Made by a program: the position numbers and the translations under genes
NCBI GenBank assembly: GCA_963666345.1
Contig: OY762721.1
Span: 1,536,001 to 1,600,000, forward strand
DNA from: Desulfatiglandales bacterium
Lineage (GTDB): Bacteria > Desulfobacterota > DSM-4660 > Desulfatiglandales > Desulfatiglandaceae
Reading direction: 5' to 3'
Length of the DNA: 64,000 nt
The notes under the pieces: generated by a model
The model's input: only the letters and a program-made list of their open reading frames with translations
The model's database searches: none
What the model was told of the DNA's origin: nothing
Part shown: positions 29,566 to 38,598 of the stretch, piece by piece
Numbering within the stretch: position 1 is the first letter of the stretch
How the letters are laid out: every line of letters begins with the position of its first letter

Positions 29566-30372
29566 TTAGAAAAGCCAGCTTGAGCCGAAAAAGTGCCTCA
29601 AGGCACCGATCCCGTTACTGTCAATTTTTGTAGACTCCGCGATACTGCCCAGTTCCTCCCAGATTATTTGATTCAGTTTATCTCTCGATAGATTAATAAA
29701 TTTACCGCTTTTTGACTTTGTGCCGTATGGCGTGACAAAATAGGCGGCAATGTTCTTTTTGGATACCCCCATGGTTTCGGCAAATCCCTGTAAATCTTCC
29801 CATTCCCTTACCGTTTGAGGCCTGCCGGTCTTATGAGATGTTTCAGAGCCTGATTTTACCTTCAGCTCTATATCAATTATCACGTTTTCATCTGAAAAGT
29901 CCCTTGTAGATATCCTTATGTCTATACGGGAATTATCACCACTCTGCTCCCGCCTGACTGAGATATCTTCTTCCTTTTTTCTCTCTACAATCAATGCTAT
30001 TTTTTCCTTTCCGGTTTCTTTCAACAGCCTGACAATAATAGATTTTCCAAATGGAGACTTCTTAGGGTTTAACATATCGGCCGTGATGTCGCTGATTGCA
30101 TCTTCCCCTAATTTCAATCTCAATTCCCGGAAAAGATCATACTGCACGGCCTTTAAAAAGAAAGGCTTTTTCTTATAGGCTTCAACCAGTCCCCTTGTCA
30201 GGGAAAAACGTTCTTCTTTTCTTTGAAATGACTTTTCAAACAGGCCTGAGTCCTTGTAATTTTCAATCAAGATTTTAATGGTTTCATATCCTGAGGCAGG
30301 AGAAAACCGGCGTGTATAATCTTTCATCAGATTTTTTACGGCGGTAAATTTGAGCGGATCAGATTTTTTCAT
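29566..30372 (-). CDS. PD-(D/E)XK nuclease-like protein
   Basis: VRRE..SRIDIRI..VIIDIELKV..SE..Q..Y/FVTP pattern. Confidence 0.65.
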   Translation of the reverse strand: MKKSDPLKFTAVKNLMKDYTRRFSPASGYETIKILIENYKDSGLFEKSFQRKEERFSLTRGLVEAYKKKPFFLKAVQYDLFRELRLKLGEDAISDITADMLNPKKSPFGKSIIVRLLKETGKEKIALIVERKKEEDISVRREQSGDNSRIDIRISTRDFSDENVIIDIELKVKSGSETSHKTGRPQTVREWEDLQGFAETMGVSKKNIAAYFVTPYGTKSKSGKFINLSRDKLNQIIWEELGSIAESTKIDSNGIGALRHFFGSSWLF

Positions 30373-30484
30373 ATTCTTCCCGATTATTTTTATTATGATC
30401 CATTACCAGAAAAAGACTCAGAGATAAACCCCGCTCATATCTTGACACCAGGTTTTCCCGCCGCAAATTTCTGAAACACCCTTT

Positions 30485-30515
30485 AGGGGGACGCCCATGA
30501 TTTTACGTGTTTCTT
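30485..30515 (-). repeat. Cassette-delimiting motif copy R5
   Basis: AGGGGGACGCCCATGATTTTACGTGTTTCTT. Confidence 0.92.
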
Positions 30516-30703
30516 TGGATTGATAATGCCTGGAAATCTCTATTTGATAATAGATGTTCCTTGACTGAACGCCATTCATCTGCTTTTTCTATAACCGTCT
30601 CATGAACTGTTACTTTCGCCCTTTAAAATGAGGGACACGAAGGGCGACGACATTGCGTTAAAAAACTACTGTTCTAAAGTATTGAAAGGCCGGGGAATTT
30701 GAA

Positions 30704-31507
30704 ATGAGATTAAAATTCGATCCTTTTCAGATCTTTCAAAACAGCCTGACACCAGCGGGTCTCTATGCGAGGAAGAAGTGGCTGGATCAGGGCATAGGAA
30801 AAAACTGGCAGAGCGACTATAATAGAACGGTTTCAGAACTGCTTCACAGACAGGCTGACGATGGTTCCTGGGATCAATCTCCCCTCCTTACAATCAGAAG
30901 GCTCTTTGGTCTTCACCTTACGGTCCGGGAGCGAACCGCACCGATCGAAAAATCACTCCATTGGCTTTTGGAGTGCTGCATGGCTCAGTTTCCCGGAAAG
31001 CGCCTTGTTCTGGATGATCGGTTGACCTACCGGGTACTCCGTGACCTTCCCTTCAGCCCCGGATGTTCAGGTTATTTCTTATATGGTGCCGCTCTTTTCC
31101 TTTCGACTATCTTCGGCATGGAAAAGGACGAGCGGGTTCTGTTTATGTATCAGGCCCTCGCCGAATCGGGCATAAAATACAAGGGTCGCTGGTGCGGGTT
31201 ATCTAGCACAAACAATATCTTGAGGGCCTTTATCGTTCATCCGGAATTTGCTTCTCATAAAGCAACCAGGCTTGCTGTCGAGGCCCTTGCCTGCCGGCAG
31301 AAACCATCCGGTTCCTGGAAAAGGCCCGTTCCTTTTTACCAGACAGTCAACGCACTTGCCCATTTGAACCTGGAAAGCGCTGAAGCTCAAATCAAAGCGG
31401 CATTTAAAAGGGCTTATCGTTCACAGAATAAAGACGGGTCCTGGGGCACGGTCAACAAGGAGTGGAATACCTTTCTGGTTGTTCACGCATTAAAGAATTA
31501 CGGGTGA
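30704..31507 (+). CDS. Prenyltransferase/squalene-cyclase repeat protein
   Basis: Three QxxxGSW motifs. Confidence 0.65.
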   Translation: MRLKFDPFQIFQNSLTPAGLYARKKWLDQGIGKNWQSDYNRTVSELLHRQADDGSWDQSPLLTIRRLFGLHLTVRERTAPIEKSLHWLLECCMAQFPGKRLVLDDRLTYRVLRDLPFSPGCSGYFLYGAALFLSTIFGMEKDERVLFMYQALAESGIKYKGRWCGLSSTNNILRAFIVHPEFASHKATRLAVEALACRQKPSGSWKRPVPFYQTVNALAHLNLESAEAQIKAAFKRAYRSQNKDGSWGTVNKEWNTFLVVHALKNYG

Positions 31508-31563
31508 AAGACAGGGCACCGGTTCTTCATCCCCGCCAGGTTATTCCCGAGCGTGAATAATTC

Positions 31564-31596
31564 AGGGGCACACGCCCATGAAATTATCAGCTTTAT
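31564..31596 (-). repeat. Cassette-delimiting motif copy R6 (2-bp insertion)
   Basis: AGGGGCACACGCCCATGAAATTATCAGCTTT. Confidence 0.8.
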
Positions 31597-31856
31597 CACA
31601 CGACTCCCGCCAAAGCCCTGAAACGTAAAGCCGCTCAAACTCAGAGATGCGTGGAAAGTGGTTTACCCCTGACAAGCATCAAGTCATAAAACAAATTTGA
31701 ATACATATAATCTTAAACTTTTATCTTGTTTTTTTTGATAAGTAATGATAATTGACTAAAAGTGAGTAAATATTTAGTAAAAAGTGAGGTTATAAGGCGT
31801 CATAAGTGTGCTGCAGGCACACCTTTTTCAGGGGCCGCTTTTTTTGCGGGGCAACC

Positions 31857-32114
31857 ATGGATATCTATCTTGATGAAAGTCGCGACTTGGTATGGACTTT
31901 CGGCAGTCTTTACGGACACGGAGGTTCGAGCAGATATCTGACAATCTCCGCTCTGATCATACCGAAAGACCTTTCCAGGGATGGAAAAATACAGTTCAGT
32001 AAAAGATCAGCAGGGCTGCCTGTCCGCAAGCCGTCTATTCATATCTCCGCAATTACGGTTAAAAAAGAAGGATTCGAGGAGTCAGGGTTTCGCAGGTTCG
32101 AGCAAAACGCTTAA
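31857..32114 (+). pseudogene. Truncated DUF3800-family gene
   Basis: MDIYLDESRDLVWTF....GGSSRYLTI N-terminus; runs into the octamer repeat. Confidence 0.6.
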
Positions 32115-32136
32115 AAAGTTATAAAGAGGTGTCGTA

Positions 32137-32928
32137 TTGGAAAACAGGGACGCGATAAAGAGGCTGTGGTTCAAGGCATTGCTGGAAGCAAACAAAGAAA
32201 CCAGGCCCATGGACTCCCTTTCTTCCGCCTTCGGAGATCTCACCATGGAAGAGGCCTACGAAGTCCAGGACATGTCGGTTAAGGAGAGGCTAAAGAAGGG
32301 CGAACGCGTGATCGGCTGGAAAGTCGGTGCAACCAGTCGGGCCGTCATGGACCAGCTTAAGATAAATGAGCCGATCCTCGGCTGCATGACCAGCCGATCG
32401 GAGTATTCTTTTCTAAACGAGGTCAAGGCCTCTCATTTTTGCAGTCCTGCCGTGGAGGGCGAAATCGCCTTTGTCATGGGGAAACCGCTGAAAGGCCCGG
32501 GGATCACGAGAAAGGACGTGATTCGAGCTGCCGAAGGCATCATGGGGGCCGTGGAACTTGTTGACTGCAGGGTCACGGACTGGCAGTCGACAACCACGGA
32601 AGCCATTGCAGACAACGCCCTGCATGGCGGGATCATGCTGGGGCCTTTTATGAGGCCCATCTCCGGCCTGGATCTGATCCATGAAGGGGTTGTGATGCAT
32701 CGAAACGGTCATCTGCTGGCGAGCGCCTGCGGTGTCGAGGCCCTCGGGGATCCCTTGAACGTCGTGGTGTGGCTCGCCAATAAGCTCGGGGAATCGGGAA
32801 AGGAACTGGATGCCGGGGCAGTCGTTTCCACCGGCTCACTCACCAGATTCTTCTTTGTCAATCCTGGTGACGTGATCGATGTATGCTTCACCAACCTGGG
32901 GCGAATCCACTTCTCAATAGGGGAATAG
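32137..32928 (+). CDS. 2-keto-4-pentenoate hydratase / FAH family
   Basis: EEAYEVQ, GWKVGATS, EGEIAFV, IADNA, LGDPLN..WLANKL, STGS. Confidence 0.9.
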   Translation: MENRDAIKRLWFKALLEANKETRPMDSLSSAFGDLTMEEAYEVQDMSVKERLKKGERVIGWKVGATSRAVMDQLKINEPILGCMTSRSEYSFLNEVKASHFCSPAVEGEIAFVMGKPLKGPGITRKDVIRAAEGIMGAVELVDCRVTDWQSTTTEAIADNALHGGIMLGPFMRPISGLDLIHEGVVMHRNGHLLASACGVEALGDPLNVVVWLANKLGESGKELDAGAVVSTGSLTRFFFVNPGDVIDVCFTNLGRIHFSIGE

Positions 32929-32940
32929 TAGAGTGGGACA

Positions 32941-32970
32941 AGGAGAGCGCCGATGATTTTATGCCCCTCT
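32941..32970 (-). repeat. Degenerate motif copy R7
   Basis: AGGAGAGCGCCGATGATTTTATGC matches R4 at 20/24 by hand alignment. Confidence 0.45.
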
Positions 32971-33261
32971 TCTGAAGGAAACAAGAAACCATCATGATAT
33001 TGAAGGGCCGCTTTTCCTAGAGTCCACCTAAACAGATCTTTTCAGCTATTATTTGAAATCCGATATTGTCTCAGAAGGACATGGCGGTTCAGGCTGTTCA
33101 AGACTATTTTTCATTACGCTGAATAAAAGTCGCCCTTTAACGAGAACTATACGAGAATGGAACAGATCCTGATTTACAAATTTCAGCCTGTAGAGGTGTC
33201 TTTTACCCGGATATACGATAATGTTTAAGAAAAACTGATGCAAAAAATAAAGGAGTGATTA

Positions 33262-33732
33262 ATGGCGATACAGGAAGGAAAGGCTTCACCCGCGTTCACC
33301 CTGCCTGATCAGGACGGAAACATGGTGAGCCTTAAGGACTTCAGAGGTAAAAACCTGATCCTCTACTTCTATCCCAAAGACAACACATCCGGGTGAACCA
33401 AGGAGGCCCGGGGATTCCGTGAACTTTTGGGCGAATTCCAGAAAAAAGATATTGCAATCGTAGGCGTTTCACCTGACAGCCGGGCGTCGCATCAGGGATT
33501 CATAGAAAAAAACGACCTGCCATTCACGCTTCTAAGCGACCCGGACAAAAAGGTAATGGCAAAATACGGTGCCTTTGGTGAGAAAAAGATGTACGGCAAA
33601 ATCGTTCAGGGTGTGATCCGCTCCACCGTGTGGATCGGGCCTGACGGAAAGGTTAAAAAGCACTGGCCTAAAGTGGCCAAAGCGGCCGATCACCCGCAAA
33701 AGGTTCTTGAGGCGGTACAAACCGGAGGTTGA
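33262..33732 (+). CDS. bcp: BCP/PrxQ peroxiredoxin with selenocysteine (UGA at 33394)
   Basis: RBS AAGGAG; PAFTLPDQDG..LYFYPKDNTSG-TGA-TKEA; frame continues to 33732; SECIS-like hairpin at 33406-33432. Confidence 0.9.
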
Positions 33733-33847
33733 AGCAGGTCTCACAGAGACCGCTGAGCACGCAGAGATAATTTTGTGAAGAGTGAGTTAGCAGAACGATT
33801 TGACTATTCCACCATCAGGCGAATTACAATACAAAAGGAGGTAAGAT

Positions 33848-34384
33848 ATGCTGCGAACGATCAAGGCTTTCTTTCTCATTGGTGCTCTTATAACCTTTTC
33901 CCTGAGCCCCGCTCTTGCAGGGAGCAGTGAAGACCTGAAAAAGGCGGACAAGCTCAGATGCGAGGGTGATCACAAGGAGGCGATCGAGCTCTGTACAAAG
34001 ATAATAAAGACGGAAAAGGAAGATAAAATGGTCCTTCGAAAGGCCTATATGCAGAGGGCCTTTAATTACGGACGGCTCAAAAAATATGACAAGGCGATAG
34101 CCGACATGGACATGGTGGTTGAGTTGAAGCCTGACCGATCGTCGAGCTATTCGGCGCGCGCTCGCACCTACAGGCAGTCGGGTGATATAGACAGGGCCAT
34201 AGAAGATTTTGACCGCTCCCTTGAACTCAGGGAAAAGGCAGGGGTATTCGAGGATCGGGGGGACTGCCACGCGCAGAAGGGGGACAGGAAAAAGGCCATA
34301 TCCGACTATGAAAGGGCCCGTGAGCTGACTGTCCTTAAAAGCTCCAAGGAAAGAATGCAGGAAAAGATCGACGCTCTGAGATAA
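33848..34384 (+). CDS. Secreted TPR protein
   Basis: Signal peptide; AYMQRA..KAIAD, RAIEDF, KAISDY repeats. Confidence 0.85.
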   Translation: MLRTIKAFFLIGALITFSLSPALAGSSEDLKKADKLRCEGDHKEAIELCTKIIKTEKEDKMVLRKAYMQRAFNYGRLKKYDKAIADMDMVVELKPDRSSSYSARARTYRQSGDIDRAIEDFDRSLELREKAGVFEDRGDCHAQKGDRKKAISDYERARELTVLKSSKERMQEKIDALR

Positions 34385-34563
34385 AACCGGGTCCTTTTTT
34401 CCTTGTTCAAGTTTTCAGACAAGGGTTATAGTTGTGTAAAAAGGGTTCAGGGATTCCAGTTATCTATGGTTCAAACAGTTGATGTTTAATGATGTTTTCC
34501 TGAAAGCTGACGGCGTGAGTCCAAATATTGATATGGACTAATACTAAATTAGAGGGGTCGAAC

Positions 34564-34884
34564 ATGAGAAAGCTTGAGAGTTTTCAGAAGAAACATCTGA
34601 GAGGGATTGCCCACGGCATTAAACCGCTGGTATTTATCGGCCAGAAGGGCCTGACACCTGAAGTCCTGTCTTCTGCGGAAAATGCCATTGAAAGCCATGA
34701 ACTCATCAAAGTAAAATTCAATGATTTCAAGGAAAAGGAAGAAAAAGAGGAGATTGCCGCCCGCATTGAAAAGGAGACAGGCGCCGAGAATGTGGGAATG
34801 ATCGGACACACGGTCATCTTCTACAGGCAGCAGGAAGACCCGGAAAAACGCAGGATCGCCCTGCCTGAGCGGAATAAGGGGTGA
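34564..34884 (+). CDS. yhbY: YhbY/CRM RNA-binding protein
   Basis: LRGIAHGIKPLVFIGQKGL..HELIKVK..IGHTVIFY. Confidence 0.9.
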   Translation: MRKLESFQKKHLRGIAHGIKPLVFIGQKGLTPEVLSSAENAIESHELIKVKFNDFKEKEEKEEIAARIEKETGAENVGMIGHTVIFYRQQEDPEKRRIALPERNKG

Positions 34885-34912
34885 GACCCGGAAAGATCAA
34901 AGGAGGAAAATC

Positions 34913-36112
34913 ATGGCACGAAAGGCACACCCTGATGGAAGACCGCTTCTGTGTTACTCGCGCCCCTCTTGTTCAACCGGCGGCAGGCAAAAGGCCCCTA
35001 AGGTTTCATGTTTTTCTGGTTTTTTCGTCCCTGTTTTCTTTCTCTTTTTTTCATACACATTCTGCCCGCAGGCATCTGCAGATGATCAGGCGCGCGTCAT
35101 GCCCGATTACCTTTCCCCTCAGGATATCATGGGCGCCTCGGTCTATAAAAAGGCCGTGTCCTCAGTGGTGACTATATTCACCTCACATGACGTAATGAAT
35201 GAGGGAGTGAGCGCAAAAAAAAGCGGTATCGGAAGCGGAGTAATTATTTCACCTGAGTGCCACGTGCTTACGGCCGCCCATGTGGTCAGGGGCGCAGGCG
35301 AGATAACCGTAAAGACGCAGGACGGCAGGATGCGATCGGCGGAACTGCTTTTCAGCGAAACAGGCGCCGACATCGCCCTTATAAAACTCATCACGCCGGA
35401 GCCGGGACTGTCTCATGCCGAGCTGGGAGATTCCGACAATCTTGTAGTGGGCCAGTCCGTCTATGCCATAGGAAGCCCGTATGGACTTGAAAACTCCTTT
35501 TCAGTGGGAAATATCAGCGCGTTTCGCACCTTTGAGCGCTATTACGACGGCGCGATTCAGGCAAAGTTCATCCAGACAGATGCCGCGATCAACATGGGAA
35601 ACAGCGGCGGTCCCCTTTTGAACTCAAAGGCACAGGTCATCGGTATAGCCTCCCAGATCATAAGTGTTTCAGGTGGTTTCCAGGGGATCGGATTTGTTGT
35701 GCCGATAAACACTGCCAGGGAGCTACTGTCTCTCAAGGACCGGGTCTGGCTTGGCATCGAAGGCATCTATCTAAACCGGGAGGGGATCGCCAATCTGATG
35801 AACCGGAATCTTAAAGGCGGACTTCTAATCGAACGGGTTGCAAAGGGGAGTCCAGCGGACAAGGCGGGCCTAAAGGGCGGTTCTGTCCCGTCACGGATGC
35901 TGGGCCGGGATTTTGTGCTGGGAGGAGACCTGATTCTTGAGTTCGGCACCAGGGACGCCTGCTCCAGCGAGTGCCTGGCGGATCCCGACAAGCTGTTTTC
36001 CGAAACAGACAAGTTTCCGGTGAAATTCCTGCGCGCAGGCAGGATCATGGAGGCAACCATCGATCTTTCAGGCAGCAGACAGAATTTTCTTGAGGGAATC
36101 GGTAGTCAGTAA
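34913..36112 (+). CDS. HtrA/DegS-like serine protease with PDZ (start uncertain)
   Basis: GSGVII, LTAAHVV, DIALIK, IQTDAAINMGNSGGPL. Confidence 0.9.
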   Translation: MARKAHPDGRPLLCYSRPSCSTGGRQKAPKVSCFSGFFVPVFFLFFSYTFCPQASADDQARVMPDYLSPQDIMGASVYKKAVSSVVTIFTSHDVMNEGVSAKKSGIGSGVIISPECHVLTAAHVVRGAGEITVKTQDGRMRSAELLFSETGADIALIKLITPEPGLSHAELGDSDNLVVGQSVYAIGSPYGLENSFSVGNISAFRTFERYYDGAIQAKFIQTDAAINMGNSGGPLLNSKAQVIGIASQIISVSGGFQGIGFVVPINTARELLSLKDRVWLGIEGIYLNREGIANLMNRNLKGGLLIERVAKGSPADKAGLKGGSVPSRMLGRDFVLGGDLILEFGTRDACSSECLADPDKLFSETDKFPVKFLRAGRIMEATIDLSGSRQNFLEGIGSQ

Positions 36113-36781
36113 AAAGGCCTGACCCTCAGGGCCAAAGAGGGCCTGTTGGGATTTCACCATCCTGTGTCTTTTAAGTGCCCCACCATCTCCGAAAACGAAC
36201 ACCAGGATGACTGTTTCCCCCTGCCGCGCCCTGAATACCGTCATCGCACGGGCCCGGGGAGCGATCAGGCGACGCCAGCCTGAAAATTAGCCGACTGCCA
36301 TTTCTGCTCCTCCTTTTCCTTCAAACCGATCAGCTTCGCATATTAAGAACCGGCACGTCCGGCAGGGTTTATTCAAACAGGAAGAGGTTTGAGAGACAAC
36401 AGGCGCTTTTCCATCCGGAGATCGAGGAACAGCCCTGTTTTTCATTAGAGGACTCGACTTAAAACGGAATGGGGATCTTACTGATCAACAGGTTTGCTCT
36501 TTATTTTTCTTTGTATTCTATCAAAATCTCGATTAAAAAACTACTTGAGGCCCCGGGGTCTTGATTTGTTAATTTAGGTACAAGATGATTTAAATCGATT
36601 TTGACGCATACCGGACTCTCCCGCCCTTAAAACAGGGTACCCCCGGGCATGGACGTAAACAGAAGCAGGTGCGGCAACCTGTCGATAAGCAGGCTGCAGA
36701 GCGCCTTTGACAGACAAACGGAACCTCAGTCGGGGAACCTATACTCAGGCCCTGCCTGATCTTTCCAAGGCAAGGAAAGAC

Positions 36782-38065
36782 ATGGAATCAAACCGGAAAC
36801 CGCAACTGCGAACGGCCTGGTTTATATGGGGGCTGGGAGCGTTGTTCTACCTGATAGGCTTTTTTCAGCGGGTGGCCCCCGCGGTTATCACCGATGAACT
36901 GATGAGGGACCTGAACCTGAACGCCACGGCCCTTGGGAACCTCTCAGCATTCTATTTCTACAGCTACGTCGCCATGCAGATCCCCACTGGCCTCATGGCC
37001 GATGCCTTCGGGCCGCGTCGCCTTCTCACAGGCGGATCATTTCTTGCAGCCGCAGGAGCGGTCATTTTTGCACTCTCACCCGGTATCCTGCTGGCAGGCC
37101 TCGGACGGCTGCTTATTGGAGGCTCTGTTGCAGTGGCATTTGTTGGCCTTCTAAAGATATCCAACAACTGGTTTCCTCCCAGGTACTTCGGCGCTTTGAC
37201 CGGAATGGCACTTTTTTTCGGGATCGTGGGAGCGGTCTGTGCAGGCCCTCCCTTAAGGGCCATGGCGGACCTTTGCAGCTGGCGCATAGTCATCCTCGTA
37301 ACGGCTGCCGTCACCTTTATCCTGTGCGCATGCATATGGATATTTGTAAGGGACGATCCGCGCGAAAAGGAACACAGTGAGCCCTCAGGCCCGAAAGAGG
37401 CAGTTTCGGAAAAAAGGTGCGTGAAGATGCTCTCAGGTGTGCTCGAGGTGTTAAGGTATCGAAACACGATCCTGCTTTTCCTTATTCCGGGAGGCATTGT
37501 AGGCTGTGTGCTCACATTTTCCGGGCTCTGGGGAGTGCCCTTTCTTACGACCCACTACGGGCTTTCCACTGCCAGGGCATCTGCCATGAACACTTCTCTT
37601 CTTGTTGCCTGGGCCCTGGGAGGGCCGATCTTTGGGTGGCTTTCCGACCGCACAGGCCGGCGTAAAGTGATCTACATATTCGGATTCGGCATAGCGCTCA
37701 TCTGCTGGTTTATCATCCTCTTCTCGGCAAGGCTCCCCCTGCCCCTTCTCACGATCATAATGTTGACCGGAGGCTTTTTCTCAGGATGCATGATCATAAG
37801 TTTCGCCTATGCAAAGGAGTCGGTGCCGCTTCACCTGGCAGGCACTGTTTCAGGGGTTATCAACATGGGTATCATGATGGGGCCGATGGTGCTTCAGCCA
37901 GCAGTCGGATGGGTCCTGGACCGGAACTGGTCGGGGCAGATTGATCAGGGGATACGCAGCTACAGCCTCTCCGCATACCAGTCCGGTTTCATGCTTATGA
38001 TCGGATGGGCCGCTATTTCATTCCTTCTCCTGTTTTTTACAAGGGATACCAGGGCGCGGCAGTAG
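36782..38065 (+). CDS. MFS transporter
   Basis: MQIPTGLMADAFGPRR, GWLSDRTGRRK; polytopic. Confidence 0.9.
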   Translation: MESNRKPQLRTAWFIWGLGALFYLIGFFQRVAPAVITDELMRDLNLNATALGNLSAFYFYSYVAMQIPTGLMADAFGPRRLLTGGSFLAAAGAVIFALSPGILLAGLGRLLIGGSVAVAFVGLLKISNNWFPPRYFGALTGMALFFGIVGAVCAGPPLRAMADLCSWRIVILVTAAVTFILCACIWIFVRDDPREKEHSEPSGPKEAVSEKRCVKMLSGVLEVLRYRNTILLFLIPGGIVGCVLTFSGLWGVPFLTTHYGLSTARASAMNTSLLVAWALGGPIFGWLSDRTGRRKVIYIFGFGIALICWFIILFSARLPLPLLTIIMLTGGFFSGCMIISFAYAKESVPLHLAGTVSGVINMGIMMGPMVLQPAVGWVLDRNWSGQIDQGIRSYSLSAYQSGFMLMIGWAAISFLLLFFTRDTRARQ

Positions 38066-38243
38066 TCTCCCCTCTTTGCTGTTAGGCCCGACATCGGGCA
38101 GCCCCATCTTTTATCCCCCCGGGGTGACAAAGCGGGATAAAATGTTTATTATTAATGACATGTAACGATAATCCAGCCTGATCTACAGTTCATCCACGGT
38201 ATTGTTTTTTTTCAGGACCAAAGCAAACAGGGAGAATTACATT

Positions 38244-38591
38244 ATGAAAAAAGTAAAGAGCAAGGGAGCCGTGCCGGCTGCCCTCCTTTCAGTGGTTATT
38301 ATGGCAATCTTCTTTTTCATTTTAAGTGCAGGGAATTCTTCGGCAAGGCCGTTTCGCATGGGTAAGATCCCTGACCCAAAGCTTGGATGCGGTGTGTGTC
38401 ACCTGAACCCTGGCGGTGGAGGCTCACGTAATGACTTCGGAAAGGATTACGCCAAAATAGGCATAAAGGCAGGGGAAAGATACACCGATGAACTGGCCGC
38501 AAAAGACTCGGACGGGGACGGATACACAAACGCGCAGGAATTTGAGGCAGGCACAAATCCGGGAGACAAAAATTCAAAGCCTGCCCAATAA
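38244..38591 (+). CDS. Secreted monoheme c-type cytochrome with Ca-binding repeat
   Basis: Signal peptide, CGVCH, DSDGDGYTNAQE..GTNP. Confidence 0.75.
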   Translation: MKKVKSKGAVPAALLSVVIMAIFFFILSAGNSSARPFRMGKIPDPKLGCGVCHLNPGGGGSRNDFGKDYAKIGIKAGERYTDELAAKDSDGDGYTNAQEFEAGTNPGDKNSKPAQ

Positions 38592-38598
38592 GCGCCCC

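Noticed and set aside
6769..31596. CRISPR array or classical integron reading of the 31-bp repeats
   Set aside because: Spacing is 0.45-13 kb, the orientation flips, there is no cas or intI gene, and there is no attC core/inverse-core palindrome.
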